Of a stretch of 64,000 bases of DNA, positions 28,424-39,299 are shown piece by piece; position 1 is the stretch's first letter, and the number at the start of each line of letters is the position of its first letter. The notes beneath the pieces were generated by a model. That model worked only from the letters and a program-made list of their open reading frames with translations. It was not told the DNA's origin and did no database searches. Both the position numbers and the translations under genes were made by a program. The stretch comes from Thermodesulfobacteriota bacterium (GTDB lineage Bacteria > Desulfobacterota > Binatia > Bin18): contig OZ219926.1 of NCBI GenBank assembly GCA_964291405.2, forward strand, positions 2,912,001 to 2,976,000, in the 5' to 3' direction.

Positions 28424-29308
28424 CTAGAGATTCGCCGCCGGTACCACAATCTGTTCGGCCAGTTTCTCAATATCGCTCTTGACGGCGTCCGCACTTTCGG
28501 GAAATCCCCCAACAATGATCTGATGCACGCCCAGGTCGCGGAACTGTTTGACCTCATCCAGGGTAATCGGCATGCCAATACCCGTGGAAACGGCATAGTG
28601 AAACTGACTGTGGTCGCGTCCGGCCGCTTCGGCATAGCCTTGCATCCGCTCGATATGCTCCTTGGCCGCTTCGGGTGTGACATTCACTCCAAACCAGCCA
28701 TCACCGACCTCTCCGACGCGCCGCAGAGCGGGTTTGCTCTCGCCCCCGAAAATAATCGGCGGATGCGGGGTCTGGACGGGCTTTGGGTAGGAGCGGACTT
28801 TAGGGAAGCTGCAAAACTCACCGCTGAATTCAGACTCTTCTTCGGTCCACAGCATTTTCATAACCTTGAGATACTCACGCGTGCGTTGCGCCCGGCGTTC
28901 CCAGGGGACGCCCACCGCGGTGAACTCTTCCGCCAGCCAGCCCACACCCACGCCGAAATCAAACCGTCCGCCCGACAGCTTATCCAAGCTGGCGACTTCT
29001 TTTGCGGTGACGACCGGATTGCGCTCGGGCACCAGACAAATGCCGGTTCCCAGGCGGATCGTTTTCGTTTGCGCGGCGGCATACGTCAACGCGGCAAATG
29101 GATCGAGAATATCGATCTGCGTGGTTGGCATGGGCAGTCGACCATCGGCTGAATACGGGTATTTCGAAGTGTACTGGTCGAGTAAAACCACATGTTCGGG
29201 TGCCCAGAGGGAATGAAAACCAGCTTGCTCAGCGGTCCGCGCCGTCACGCCGACCACCTCCGGGTCTGCACCCAGCCCAATACCAATCGCGAAATATCCA
29301 ACTTGCAT
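28424..29308 (-). CDS. LLM-class (probably F420-dependent, Rv2161c-like) oxidoreductase
   Basis: SLWAPEHVV, GVGVGWLAEEF and PKPVQTPHPPI. Confidence 0.88.
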   Translation of the reverse strand: MQVGYFAIGIGLGADPEVVGVTARTAEQAGFHSLWAPEHVVLLDQYTSKYPYSADGRLPMPTTQIDILDPFAALTYAAAQTKTIRLGTGICLVPERNPVVTAKEVASLDKLSGGRFDFGVGVGWLAEEFTAVGVPWERRAQRTREYLKVMKMLWTEEESEFSGEFCSFPKVRSYPKPVQTPHPPIIFGGESKPALRRVGEVGDGWFGVNVTPEAAKEHIERMQGYAEAAGRDHSQFHYAVSTGIGMPITLDEVKQFRDLGVHQIIVGGFPESADAVKSDIEKLAEQIVVPAANL

Positions 29309-29486
29309 ATCTGCTGTCCTCCTTTGTGAGATTCGAGCGCATGCTATACTAGGCCGCTCATTAGGCGCAAGGCGCGCGGCGATTGGCCTCTCAGATGAGT
29401 GTGGAGAGCAATATCTCCTTCCGGCATGGACTCTCAAATTCCGTGCCGGAGTCCCGCACTTCGTTTGTGACAGAGTGCTTTCGGCT

Positions 29487-31742
29487 ATGCTCTCGACTCT
29501 CTCAAATGTTCACGCGCGTCCATCGAAACAATCGGATGATCGCCCGACTTCACGCGTCGGCCTGCGTCTGATCTCACTCGGTGTCTTCCTGCTGCTGGGA
29601 GCTGCCACGTTGCCGGCGCCAACACATGCTCAGGATTTCGGCAAACCTGACCCGGCAAAAGGGGTCACGCGGCTGAAAGATATCCTTGTGACCGCCCAAA
29701 AGCGGGAGCAACTGATCCAAGACGTACCGCTACCGATTACCGCCTTCGACGCTGACCAGCTTGAGACTCTCAAGGTCCGTGACCTGGGTGACCTGACGGT
29801 TGGTATCCCCAATGTAGGGCTTGATGAAATCGGTACGTCGCGCGGGACGGCAAATTTTTCAATACGCGGCCTGGGCATCAACAGTTCGATTCCAACGATT
29901 GACCCGACGGTCGGCGTGTTCGTTGATGGCGTGTATATGGGGACCAACGCCATGGTGCTGTACGACGCATTCGACCTTGAAGGTATAGAGGTGTTACGTG
30001 GCCCGCAGGGCGTCCTGTTTGGTCGCAACGTCATGGGCGGTGCCGTTCTGCTGAACACCAAGGCTCCGACCGACCAGTATGAAGCGCGGGTACGCAGTGC
30101 CGTGGAAGGCGGCGGGAAGGCCCCCAATATATATGTGTCGGGCACGCTCAACGCCCCGCTGACCGACACCCTGCGCGCCCGTTTCACGATATATTCCAAT
30201 CAGGATCAGGGCTGGTTCGAGAACGAATACGACGACCGGGCGTTCGGCGCGCAGGACACCATCATGCTGCGGCCGGTCCTCTCCTGGCAACCTCTGGACA
30301 CGTTGAGTCTGACAGTCCGCTACGAGTATCAAGACCGCGACGGCGATGGCGCCGCGGTCCAGAACACCGTCCGCTTCGACCGCCGGAGTCATGACTTCTC
30401 CGTCAACAACGATGGCTTCCTGGACACGAGGACTCACGTTTTGAGTACGAGACTGGACTGGGACGTACCGTTGGGCAACGGGACCGTGACCAATATCTTT
30501 GGCTGGCGGGACGTGCAGGCCGACGCCCTGAGCTCCGTGGATGAGTTGGCTTCTACGACAGCCCTGCGCAACTTGGAGACCCTGCTCCGGGCGGAACAGT
30601 TCAGCAACGAGCTGCGCTACACCGGTGTGTTTTTCGATCGCCTGCAACTGGTCACCGGGTTATACTATTTTACCAATGCGAGCGATTACCATGAGCGGCG
30701 TCAGTTGGCGGACGATCCCCCAGGCAGAGCCAGAGTGCAGAACGGTGGTGGCCTGTACGATGTGGACACGCTGGGGGTGTTCATAGCTGGGGACTACGAC
30801 CTGACCAACTGGTTGACGCTGAACACCGGGCTACGCTTCAGCTATGAGGAGAAGGAAGTCAACGTCACCACCATTGCCCTGGACCTGGCCACCTGCAATA
30901 TCGTGCACGGTCCGGCCTGCCCGAGCGATTTCAAGGACAAGGAGAGCTGGCATACCCTGTCACCCAAGGTTGGGCTGAGCTATCGATACAACGACACCTT
31001 GCTCTATGCCCACTGGACGCGCGGCTTTCGTTCCGGCGGCTATAATCTACGCAACACCCATCCCGATATCGGCCCCGGTCCCTTTGACGAAGAGCAGATT
31101 GACAACTACGAACTGGGTTTCAAAAGCACCATCGGCGGACGCGCCCGCCTCAGCGGTGCTCTTTTCTTCAGTCAGGTTGAAGACATGCAGCGCGAAGTCG
31201 CATTCGGCCTGCCTGACGGAGGCTTCGCCCAGGTGGTGCGCAACACCGCGGACACCGACATCTTCGGTCTTGAACTCGAAGGCTCTCTTGTGCTGACCCA
31301 AGACCTCATGCTGCGCGCTGCGATGGGCTATATTGACACGGAATATACCGAGGTGAAATTCGACCTGAACCGCGATGGCGAGGTGGACCGGAAAGACAAG
31401 GCCCTGGAGCCGCCGCGCGCGCCGACCTGGACGTATAGCCTGGGTTTGCTCCACACGCTGGATATCGGCAGCCGCTACCGGTTGGTCTCTCGGGTCAATT
31501 ACGCCTACCGGGATAAGGAATATAATATCGACAGCAATCTCGGTTTCAACCGACAGTTGAAAATGCTGAAGGCCGGCGTGGATCTGCATGTCAACGACGG
31601 CCAGTGGGTGGTCGGCCTGTACGGTAAGAATCTGCTGGGCCAGGTCAGGCACGGCATCAATGGGCTAGGGGGCGCCTTCTCACCGTTGTCAAAAGGCCAG
31701 GTATATGGCCTGGAACTGACCTATTATTTTACAAGCGGCTGA
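29487..31742 (+). CDS. TonB-dependent receptor, paralog 1
   Basis: ILVTAQKRE, plug IEVLRGPQGVLFGRN and a beta-barrel C-terminus. Confidence 0.92.
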   Translation: MLSTLSNVHARPSKQSDDRPTSRVGLRLISLGVFLLLGAATLPAPTHAQDFGKPDPAKGVTRLKDILVTAQKREQLIQDVPLPITAFDADQLETLKVRDLGDLTVGIPNVGLDEIGTSRGTANFSIRGLGINSSIPTIDPTVGVFVDGVYMGTNAMVLYDAFDLEGIEVLRGPQGVLFGRNVMGGAVLLNTKAPTDQYEARVRSAVEGGGKAPNIYVSGTLNAPLTDTLRARFTIYSNQDQGWFENEYDDRAFGAQDTIMLRPVLSWQPLDTLSLTVRYEYQDRDGDGAAVQNTVRFDRRSHDFSVNNDGFLDTRTHVLSTRLDWDVPLGNGTVTNIFGWRDVQADALSSVDELASTTALRNLETLLRAEQFSNELRYTGVFFDRLQLVTGLYYFTNASDYHERRQLADDPPGRARVQNGGGLYDVDTLGVFIAGDYDLTNWLTLNTGLRFSYEEKEVNVTTIALDLATCNIVHGPACPSDFKDKESWHTLSPKVGLSYRYNDTLLYAHWTRGFRSGGYNLRNTHPDIGPGPFDEEQIDNYELGFKSTIGGRARLSGALFFSQVEDMQREVAFGLPDGGFAQVVRNTADTDIFGLELEGSLVLTQDLMLRAAMGYIDTEYTEVKFDLNRDGEVDRKDKALEPPRAPTWTYSLGLLHTLDIGSRYRLVSRVNYAYRDKEYNIDSNLGFNRQLKMLKAGVDLHVNDGQWVVGLYGKNLLGQVRHGINGLGGAFSPLSKGQVYGLELTYYFTSG

Positions 31743-32023
31743 TGGGGGTGTGGCGGTAGGTAGTAGTTCAGTTTGCATTTCTTTTTTCGCCGAGTTCGTC
31801 CCGCCCAGAGGTGCCGGTGCCCTTTCCTATAATTTTACTAGGGACAACCGGCCGGAGATGAGGTATGGAGAGGCCGGGAACATTGACAGGCAAGCTGCGC
31901 TTGGCTAGGCACTTTCGGATGCAAACAGCATGCATTATAGGAATAGTACAGAGAGGCTGTTGTTTGTCCTGGTCAGCATTTTTCAAACTGAGACACTACC
32001 GAAGCATATACCCCACTGCTGGA

Positions 32024-34327
32024 ATGGCTGAATATCAACCGAAACAATCAGACGAGCGCGTGACCGCGACGCGGGCCGCCCTGCGTCGGCTCGCGCTCGG
32101 CGTTGTCCTGCTGCTCGGGATCGTGGCGGTGCCGGCTATCGCTCAGGATTCCGCCCCTGCGGATCAAGTGGAGCCCGCCTCTGAAAGCGCTCCTATCGAA
32201 GACGCCCTGCTGCTGGGAGATCTCGTTGTCACCGCTCAGAAACGCGAGCAGTCCATTCAGGACGTGCCGGTGGCGATAACGGCCCTGGACGCTGAGCAGT
32301 TGGAAGCCGCCAGGGTGCGCGACCTGCGCGACCTGACCATCGGCATCCCCAATGTGGGTTTTGATGAAATCGGCACATCGCGCGGGACCGCAAACTTTTC
32401 GATACGCGGCATGGGCGTCAACGGTTCCGTGCCGTCCATTGACCCGACCGTGGGTGTGATTGTCGATGGCATCTATATGGGGACGAATTCGGTGATGCTG
32501 TACGATGCCTTCGACCTGGAGAGCATTGAGGTCTTGCGCGGACCGCAGGGCGTGCTGTTCGGTCGTAACGTGGTCGGCGGCGCGGTCCTGATTAACACTA
32601 AGACCCCCACCGACCAGTTTGAAGCCACGCTCCGCAACACCGTGGAAGGCGGCGGCAAAGCGCCCAATTTTTTTACATCAGCCACCCTCAACGCGCCACT
32701 GACCGATACGCTGGCCACGCGCTTCACCGTCTACTCCAACCAGGATCAGGGCTGGTTCAAGAACAAGCGTGATGGCAGGGCGTTCGGCGCACAGGATACG
32801 CTGATGCTGCGCCCGGTCGTTCGCTGGCGACCCACCGACACGCTGGACCTGACGCTGCGCTATGAATACCAGAGTCTGGACGCCGACGGAGCAGCGTCAC
32901 AGAATACGGCCATCTATGACCGACGCGACCATGACTTCTTTGTCGATGAGGACGGCTACCTCGATGCCGAGGTGCACTTCTTCAACGCCCGGTTGGACTG
33001 GGACGTGGCGTTCGGCAACGGCACGCTGACCGATATTTTCGGCTGGCGCGCCACGCAGAGCGACGCCATCAGCGATCTTGACGGCCTGCCGACGCACCAC
33101 CAAGCCGATTTCGCGCTGTCCAAATTCAACCTGGGTACCCAGCAGGAGTCGGAACAATTCAGCAATGAGTTGCGCTACACCGGGCGGTTTTTCAACCGGC
33201 TGCAATTGACCACCGGCGTCTATTATTTCACCAACGATCTCGACTATCACGAATGGCGCGAGTTTGAGGGAAGTGTCCCAGGCGCGACGCGAAACGAGTT
33301 TGGCGGCGGCTATTATGATGTGGACACGCTGGGTCTGTTCCTGAACATGGACTATGATCTGACCGACTGGCTGACCGTTACCGGCGGACTGCGCTATACC
33401 GATGAGGAAAAGGAGGCCGACGTCTCCTATATGCAGCGTAACAGCAAAACCGATCTGACCGATCCGGGCTGCAATATGGTGCGCGGCCCGACCTGCCCCA
33501 GCCATTTCAAGGATGACAAGAGTTGGACCAGTTTATCGCCCAAGATCGGCCTGACCCTTCGTCCCGCGGACGACCTACTGGTGTATTGGCACTGGACTCG
33601 GGGATTTCGGTCCGGCAACTATAATGTGCGCATCACAAAGGAGGGCACCGACCCCGGCCCGACCGACCAGGAGCAGGCCGACAATTTTGAACTCGGCTTC
33701 AAGAGCACCCTCGGCACGCGCGCGCGTCTTAACGGCGCGGTGTTTCTCAACATGATCCGGGACCTGCAACGTATCGTGCTGACAGGCGGAGCCGAAGGCG
33801 TGGTACAGGATTTTCTGAACACCGCGGATGTCGATATCTACGGCGTTGAACTGGACGGCTCTTTCGCGCTGCTGGACAATCTGGTGCTCCACGGGGCTGT
33901 GGGCTATCTCGACTCGAACCTGAACGAAGTCCGCTATGACCTCAGCGGTGACGGGGTGGTGGACGACAAAGACGAGAACCTTGACCTTATCCGCGCTCCC
34001 ACCTGGACGTATAGCTTCGGACTCCAGCACAGCCTCTCCATCGGCAACCGTCACCGCCTCGACTCGCGTATCAATTACACCTATCGGGACAAAGAATACC
34101 ATCAGGACGACAACAGCGGATTCCACCGGCAGCTCAAGAAGCTGGATGCCGGCATTGATTTGCATATGAATAACGGTCAGTGGGTGGTCGGCCTGTACGG
34201 TAAGAACCTGCTGCACGCGGTCTCCCACGGCATTCATTTCGTCAACCCCGGTTTCGGGAGTTTTTCGCCGCTCATGAAAGGCCGGACATATGGCCTGGAG
34301 CTGACCTATAATTATACAGGCGTCTGA
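32024..34327 (+). CDS. TonB-dependent receptor, paralog 2
   Basis: Signal peptide, VVTAQKRE and IEVLRGPQGVLFGRN. Confidence 0.92.
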   Translation: MAEYQPKQSDERVTATRAALRRLALGVVLLLGIVAVPAIAQDSAPADQVEPASESAPIEDALLLGDLVVTAQKREQSIQDVPVAITALDAEQLEAARVRDLRDLTIGIPNVGFDEIGTSRGTANFSIRGMGVNGSVPSIDPTVGVIVDGIYMGTNSVMLYDAFDLESIEVLRGPQGVLFGRNVVGGAVLINTKTPTDQFEATLRNTVEGGGKAPNFFTSATLNAPLTDTLATRFTVYSNQDQGWFKNKRDGRAFGAQDTLMLRPVVRWRPTDTLDLTLRYEYQSLDADGAASQNTAIYDRRDHDFFVDEDGYLDAEVHFFNARLDWDVAFGNGTLTDIFGWRATQSDAISDLDGLPTHHQADFALSKFNLGTQQESEQFSNELRYTGRFFNRLQLTTGVYYFTNDLDYHEWREFEGSVPGATRNEFGGGYYDVDTLGLFLNMDYDLTDWLTVTGGLRYTDEEKEADVSYMQRNSKTDLTDPGCNMVRGPTCPSHFKDDKSWTSLSPKIGLTLRPADDLLVYWHWTRGFRSGNYNVRITKEGTDPGPTDQEQADNFELGFKSTLGTRARLNGAVFLNMIRDLQRIVLTGGAEGVVQDFLNTADVDIYGVELDGSFALLDNLVLHGAVGYLDSNLNEVRYDLSGDGVVDDKDENLDLIRAPTWTYSFGLQHSLSIGNRHRLDSRINYTYRDKEYHQDDNSGFHRQLKKLDAGIDLHMNNGQWVVGLYGKNLLHAVSHGIHFVNPGFGSFSPLMKGRTYGLELTYNYTGV

Positions 34328-34394
34328 CATCGGCGTTTACAACCAGAAACCGGCACAGTAGAAGGGCTGATTTCCGTATGAGATCGGAGGATTT

Positions 34395-36722
34395 ATGAGC
34401 CTTACCAAAACATCCGCATTCCAACCGGCCAGCCTGTTCATCACCTTTATTCTGAGCGTTGGTTTTTCCCCACTCCCGGCTACAGCCCAGGAGACCGAGC
34501 CGGAAGAAGCGGCTTCCGCAAGCCCCATGCTCTTGGACGATATTGTTGTAACCGCCCAAAAGCGGGAGCAGCTGCTCCAGGATGTGCCGGTAGCGGTCAC
34601 GGCCTTCGACGCCGAACAGCTTGACGCCCTCAAGGTGCGCGACCTGACCAATCTGTCAATACGCATGCCGAACGTGTCTCTGGACGATGTCGGCACGGCA
34701 CGCGGGATTGCGAACTTCTCCATTCGCGGGTTGGGCATCAACAGTTCGATTCCGGGTATTGACCCGACGGTCGGCGTATTCATCGACGGCGTGTATATGG
34801 GCTCGAACGCGACGATGCTGTACGACACCTTCGACCTGGAGGCTGTCGAGGTGCTGCGTGGCCCGCAAGGTGTGTTGTTCGGCCGCAACGTCGTCGGTGG
34901 CGCGGTGCTGCTCAACACCAGAACGCCGACTGACCGCTACGAGGCTACGGTGCGCAGTGCAGTGGAAGGCGGGGGCAAGGCGCCCAACGTCTACGTCGCG
35001 GGTACGCTGAACGCCCCGCTGACCGAGACCCTGGGAGCACGCTTCACCGTGTATTCCAATCAGGATCAGGGTTGGTTCGAAAATGAACATACCGGTAAGG
35101 CGTTTGGCGTACAGGACACGTTGATGCTGCGGCCGGTCATCTCCTGGGAGCCTACGGACACCCTGCGTCTGACGCTCCGCTATGAATATCAGGACCTCGA
35201 CGGCGACGGACCCGCGGCCCAGAACCATACCGACGGTTCCGGCCGGGCCAACCCCTTTGCCAACTACGACCGCGACAGTCACGACTTCGCCATTGACGAA
35301 GAGGGCTTTCTCACATCGGAAATTCACTTTTTCAACACGCGTTTGGATTGGGATGTCCCGCTGGGTAACGGGACGGTCACCAATATCTTCGGCTGGCGAG
35401 ATGCGGGGGGGACCGCGCTCAGTGATATCGACGCGACACCCCTGCCGCTGTTTGCCGGCGGTGCCTTGCAACAATCGGAACAGTTCAGCAATGAGGTCCG
35501 GTATAGCGGCTTGTTTTTCAATCGGCTGTTCCTGACGACTGGCTTCTATTATTTCAATAATGACATCGGCTATCACGAGACTCGTTCCCTCGCCTTCGGA
35601 CAAGTCCGGCAAAGCGGTGGCGGCAACCTGGATGTCGAAACCTTCGGGTTGTTCATGAATGGGGACTACGACCTGACCGACTGGCTGACGCTGACTGCGG
35701 GGCTGCGCTATACCCACGAGGAAAAGGAAGCTGAAATCACCAATCTGACCCGAAACGGTGCAACGCCGTGCAACATCATTACCGGTCCGGACTGCCCCAG
35801 CCATTTCCGGGACAAAGAAACCTGGACCAATCTGTCGCCCAAGGTCGGGCTGAGCTATCGGCACGATGACGACACCTTGCTCTATGCCCACTGGACGCGC
35901 GGCTTCCGCTCTGGCGGCTATAATCTGCGCGACACGTTTTTCGGCCTGCCGGGCGACCCGCGTGACCTCGGCCCCGGTCCCTTTGACGAAGAGCAGATCG
36001 ACAACTTCGAGATCGGCTTCAAGAAAACCTTCGGGACCCGTGCTCGTCTCAACGCCGCGTTTTTCTATAATCTTATCGACGACCTGCAACGCGAACTGGT
36101 TTTCCCCGAAGAACTGCCGGTGCTCAATCCGGCGACCGGGGAACCGGTCATCGGCCCCGAAGGAAGACCCGTGACGCAGGGTAATATCGTACAGGTGATC
36201 CGCAATACGGCCGACGCGGACCTGTACGGCTTTGAGGTGGAGGGCAGTCTGGTCCTGACCCCCGGCCTGAGCCTGTTCGGTTCGGCCGGTTTTGTGGAGT
36301 CGGACTACACCACGGTCAAGTTTGACCTCAACAACGACGGCCGGGTGGACGGCAAGGATGAAGACCTGGACCCCCCCCGGGCCGCAAAGTGGACCTATAG
36401 CCTGGGCCTGCTGAACGACCTGCAACTCAGTCCCCGCATCCGGCTGGCCTCGCGGGTCATCTATGCCTACCGGGACAAATCATACTTAAACGATGACAAC
36501 CTCGGCTTCAACCGGCAACAGAAAAGGTTACAGGCCGGGGTGGACATTCACTTCAACGACAGTCAGTGGGTGGTCGGCCTGTACGGCAAGAACCTGCTGG
36601 GCTATAGCCTGTTCGGCGGTGATACGCAGTTACCGACGGCACTCGGCGGCGGCACCTTTTCTCCTTTGGCAAAGGGTCGTATCTTTGGCCTGGAGTTGAC
36701 GTATCATTTTACCGGCGTTTGA
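34395..36722 (+). CDS. TonB-dependent receptor, paralog 3
   Basis: GGAGG RBS, signal peptide and the same plug/barrel motifs. Confidence 0.93.
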   Translation: MSLTKTSAFQPASLFITFILSVGFSPLPATAQETEPEEAASASPMLLDDIVVTAQKREQLLQDVPVAVTAFDAEQLDALKVRDLTNLSIRMPNVSLDDVGTARGIANFSIRGLGINSSIPGIDPTVGVFIDGVYMGSNATMLYDTFDLEAVEVLRGPQGVLFGRNVVGGAVLLNTRTPTDRYEATVRSAVEGGGKAPNVYVAGTLNAPLTETLGARFTVYSNQDQGWFENEHTGKAFGVQDTLMLRPVISWEPTDTLRLTLRYEYQDLDGDGPAAQNHTDGSGRANPFANYDRDSHDFAIDEEGFLTSEIHFFNTRLDWDVPLGNGTVTNIFGWRDAGGTALSDIDATPLPLFAGGALQQSEQFSNEVRYSGLFFNRLFLTTGFYYFNNDIGYHETRSLAFGQVRQSGGGNLDVETFGLFMNGDYDLTDWLTLTAGLRYTHEEKEAEITNLTRNGATPCNIITGPDCPSHFRDKETWTNLSPKVGLSYRHDDDTLLYAHWTRGFRSGGYNLRDTFFGLPGDPRDLGPGPFDEEQIDNFEIGFKKTFGTRARLNAAFFYNLIDDLQRELVFPEELPVLNPATGEPVIGPEGRPVTQGNIVQVIRNTADADLYGFEVEGSLVLTPGLSLFGSAGFVESDYTTVKFDLNNDGRVDGKDEDLDPPRAAKWTYSLGLLNDLQLSPRIRLASRVIYAYRDKSYLNDDNLGFNRQQKRLQAGVDIHFNDSQWVVGLYGKNLLGYSLFGGDTQLPTALGGGTFSPLAKGRIFGLELTYHFTGV

Positions 36723-36848
36723 GAAGCGTGGCAGCATTCGGGACGAGCCGCTCCGAACGCGGGACGGCCTGGATGAGAGTCGCGACGCTTTACAATCAGT
36801 CAGAAATCCTCTCCGATAAGGATTATGATGCCTGAGATCGGAGGGCGC

Positions 36849-39275
36849 ATGCGCTTTATCAATAAAACTCCCAGGTTCTGGACGGCAAACTGGTCTGCTG
36901 TCCGGAACCTGACGTTTGTTACGGTACTGAGTGCCGTCTTCCTCACCCTCCCGGCAGTGGCCCAGGATGCGCCGCCGGCCGCCGGCAAGACCGCCCCGCA
37001 AGCATCTGCCCCAGCGACAGAGGTTACGCCTCTGGAAGGGATGGTGGTCACCGCCCTCAAGCGGGAGGCGATGATCCAGGACGTGCCGGTGTCGATGACG
37101 GCCTTCGATTCCGAACAGATTGACACTCTCAAGCTCCACGACCTGGGCGATCTGACGATCACCATGCCCAATGTGGCCTTCGATGACATCGGCCTGGCGC
37201 GCGGTTTCGCGAACTTCTCCATTCGCGGCCTGGGTATCAACAGCTCGATTCCGTCCATCGATCCGACGGTCGGCGTCTTCGTTGACGGCATCTACCTGGG
37301 AACGAACGCGGGGGTGCTGTACGATGCCTTCGATCTGGACAGCATCGAGGTCCTCCGTGGCCCGCAAGGGGTTCTGTTCGGGCGCAACGTGGTGGGCGGA
37401 GCCGTCTTGGTCAACACCAAAACTCCTACCGACCGCTATGAGGCCAAGGTCCGTAGCGCAGTCGAAGGCGGCGGCAAAGCCCCGAATATGTACGTCTCGG
37501 CTACGCTCAACGCCCCGCTGACCGACACCCTGCGTGCTCGCTTCACGATCTATTCCAATCAGGATCAGGGCTGGTTTGAGAACAAGTACAACGGCAAGGC
37601 CTTCGGCGCGCGAGATACGCTGATGGTGCGGCCGGTCGTCACCTGGCAGCCCTGGGACACACTGCGCTTTACGCTCCGTTACGAATATCAGGATCTCGAC
37701 GAAGACGGGCCCGCGGCTCAGACGCATACCAACGGTGCCGGCCTGTCCCATCCCCAGTTCAATTTCAAGCGCGACAGCCACGACTTCGCCGTCAACGAAG
37801 AGGGCTTTCTGAAGACGTATATCAACTTCTTTAACGCCCAGGCGGATTGGGACATCCCATTCGGTAACGGGACCATTACCAATATCTTCGGCTGGCGCGA
37901 GGGGATGGGAGATGGTCTGAGCGATACCGACGCGACGCCGCTGACCTTTTTCCATGGAGGCGGCACACAAGCCGCGGAGCAGTTCAGCAACGAACTGCGC
38001 TACAGCGGGATATTCTTCGACCGGCTCTTCCTGACGACCGGCTTCTACTATTTTCAGAACGATCTCTACTACCACGAACAGCGGCTGTTCGGTGACCCTA
38101 GTGGCGACATCTTGGAATTCAACGGCGGCGGTATCTATAACGTCGAGACGTTCGGGTTGTTCGCGGCCGGGGACTACGACCTGACCGACAGGCTGACGCT
38201 GACTCTGGGGCTGCGCTACACTCATGAAGAGAAAGCGGCCGAGATCACAAATATCCTCCGAACGAGGGATATCCAGTGTCACACGGTGTATGGCCCCGAC
38301 TGCCCTATCCATTTCAAAGACCAGGCAAGCTGGAACAGTCTGTCGCCCAAGATCGGGCTGACCTATCGGCTCGACGCCGAGACGCTGCTCTACGCCCATT
38401 GGACGCGCGGCTTCCGGTCCGGCGGCTATAATCTGCGCGACTCGTTTTTCGATCTGACCCAGGGGCTGTCGGACGCGGAGATTGCCGGGCTGGAGGCGCT
38501 CGGCCTGGAGATCGCTCGCGATCTTGGGACCGAGGGGTTTGGCGAAGAGCAGATCGACAATTTCGAGATTGGCATCAAGAAGACCTTTGGCGACCGTGTC
38601 CGCCTGAACGCGTCGTTTTTCTACAACTTCGTCGCGGACCTGCAACGTGAGCTGGCTTTCGGTGAGGACCTCCCCGCCCCGGACCCGATCACGGGCCGCC
38701 CCGTCATCATCTTTGTGGATAGGAGGCCGACCATACAGACGGTGCAGAACATCGTGCAGGTGATTCGGAATACGGCCGACGCCGAATTCTGGGGCCTGGA
38801 AATGGAGGGGATGGTGGTCCTCTCACCCGGCCTGGTCTTACTCGGCTCGCTCGGCTACGTCGAGCCGGACTACACCAAGGTCAAGTTCGACCTCAACCGG
38901 GACGGCAGGCTGGACGATAAGGACGAAGACCTCGAACCGCCACGGGCCGCGCACTGGACCTATAACCTGAGCCTGCTCCACAATCTCCACGTCGGTACCC
39001 GCGTCCGTCTCGCCTCGCGTGTCACCTACGCCTACCGCGACAAAGAGTATGTCAACGACGACAACACCGGATTCAACCGGCAGCAGAAGATGTTACAGGC
39101 CGGAGTGGATGTCCATATCGACAACAGTCAGTGGGTGGTCGGCCTGTACGGCAAGAACCTGCTGGACTACGCGCGGTTCGGGACGGACATTCAACTGCCC
39201 ACCGGCACCCTCTCGCCGTTGATGAGAGGGCGGGTGTTCGGTCTGGAATTGACGTATCACTTCACCGATAGCTGA
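36849..39275 (+). CDS. TonB-dependent receptor, paralog 4
   Basis: GGAGG RBS, signal peptide and the same plug/barrel motifs. Confidence 0.93.
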   Translation: MRFINKTPRFWTANWSAVRNLTFVTVLSAVFLTLPAVAQDAPPAAGKTAPQASAPATEVTPLEGMVVTALKREAMIQDVPVSMTAFDSEQIDTLKLHDLGDLTITMPNVAFDDIGLARGFANFSIRGLGINSSIPSIDPTVGVFVDGIYLGTNAGVLYDAFDLDSIEVLRGPQGVLFGRNVVGGAVLVNTKTPTDRYEAKVRSAVEGGGKAPNMYVSATLNAPLTDTLRARFTIYSNQDQGWFENKYNGKAFGARDTLMVRPVVTWQPWDTLRFTLRYEYQDLDEDGPAAQTHTNGAGLSHPQFNFKRDSHDFAVNEEGFLKTYINFFNAQADWDIPFGNGTITNIFGWREGMGDGLSDTDATPLTFFHGGGTQAAEQFSNELRYSGIFFDRLFLTTGFYYFQNDLYYHEQRLFGDPSGDILEFNGGGIYNVETFGLFAAGDYDLTDRLTLTLGLRYTHEEKAAEITNILRTRDIQCHTVYGPDCPIHFKDQASWNSLSPKIGLTYRLDAETLLYAHWTRGFRSGGYNLRDSFFDLTQGLSDAEIAGLEALGLEIARDLGTEGFGEEQIDNFEIGIKKTFGDRVRLNASFFYNFVADLQRELAFGEDLPAPDPITGRPVIIFVDRRPTIQTVQNIVQVIRNTADAEFWGLEMEGMVVLSPGLVLLGSLGYVEPDYTKVKFDLNRDGRLDDKDEDLEPPRAAHWTYNLSLLHNLHVGTRVRLASRVTYAYRDKEYVNDDNTGFNRQQKMLQAGVDVHIDNSQWVVGLYGKNLLDYARFGTDIQLPTGTLSPLMRGRVFGLELTYHFTDS

Positions 39276-39299
39276 TTGCTGCGGACCGGCCGTTTTCGG

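Noticed and set aside
27616-31848. TTACTAGGGACAAC occurring at about 27618 and 31835
   Set aside because: Only 14 bp shared, with no transposase or target duplication evident; insufficient to call element ends
34656-38645. Long antisense ORFs (589 and 671 aa) opposite the TonB receptors; similar ones at 50099-51313 and 62163-63515
   Set aside because: Shadow ORFs expected from high-GC codon bias opposite well-supported genes; no motifs
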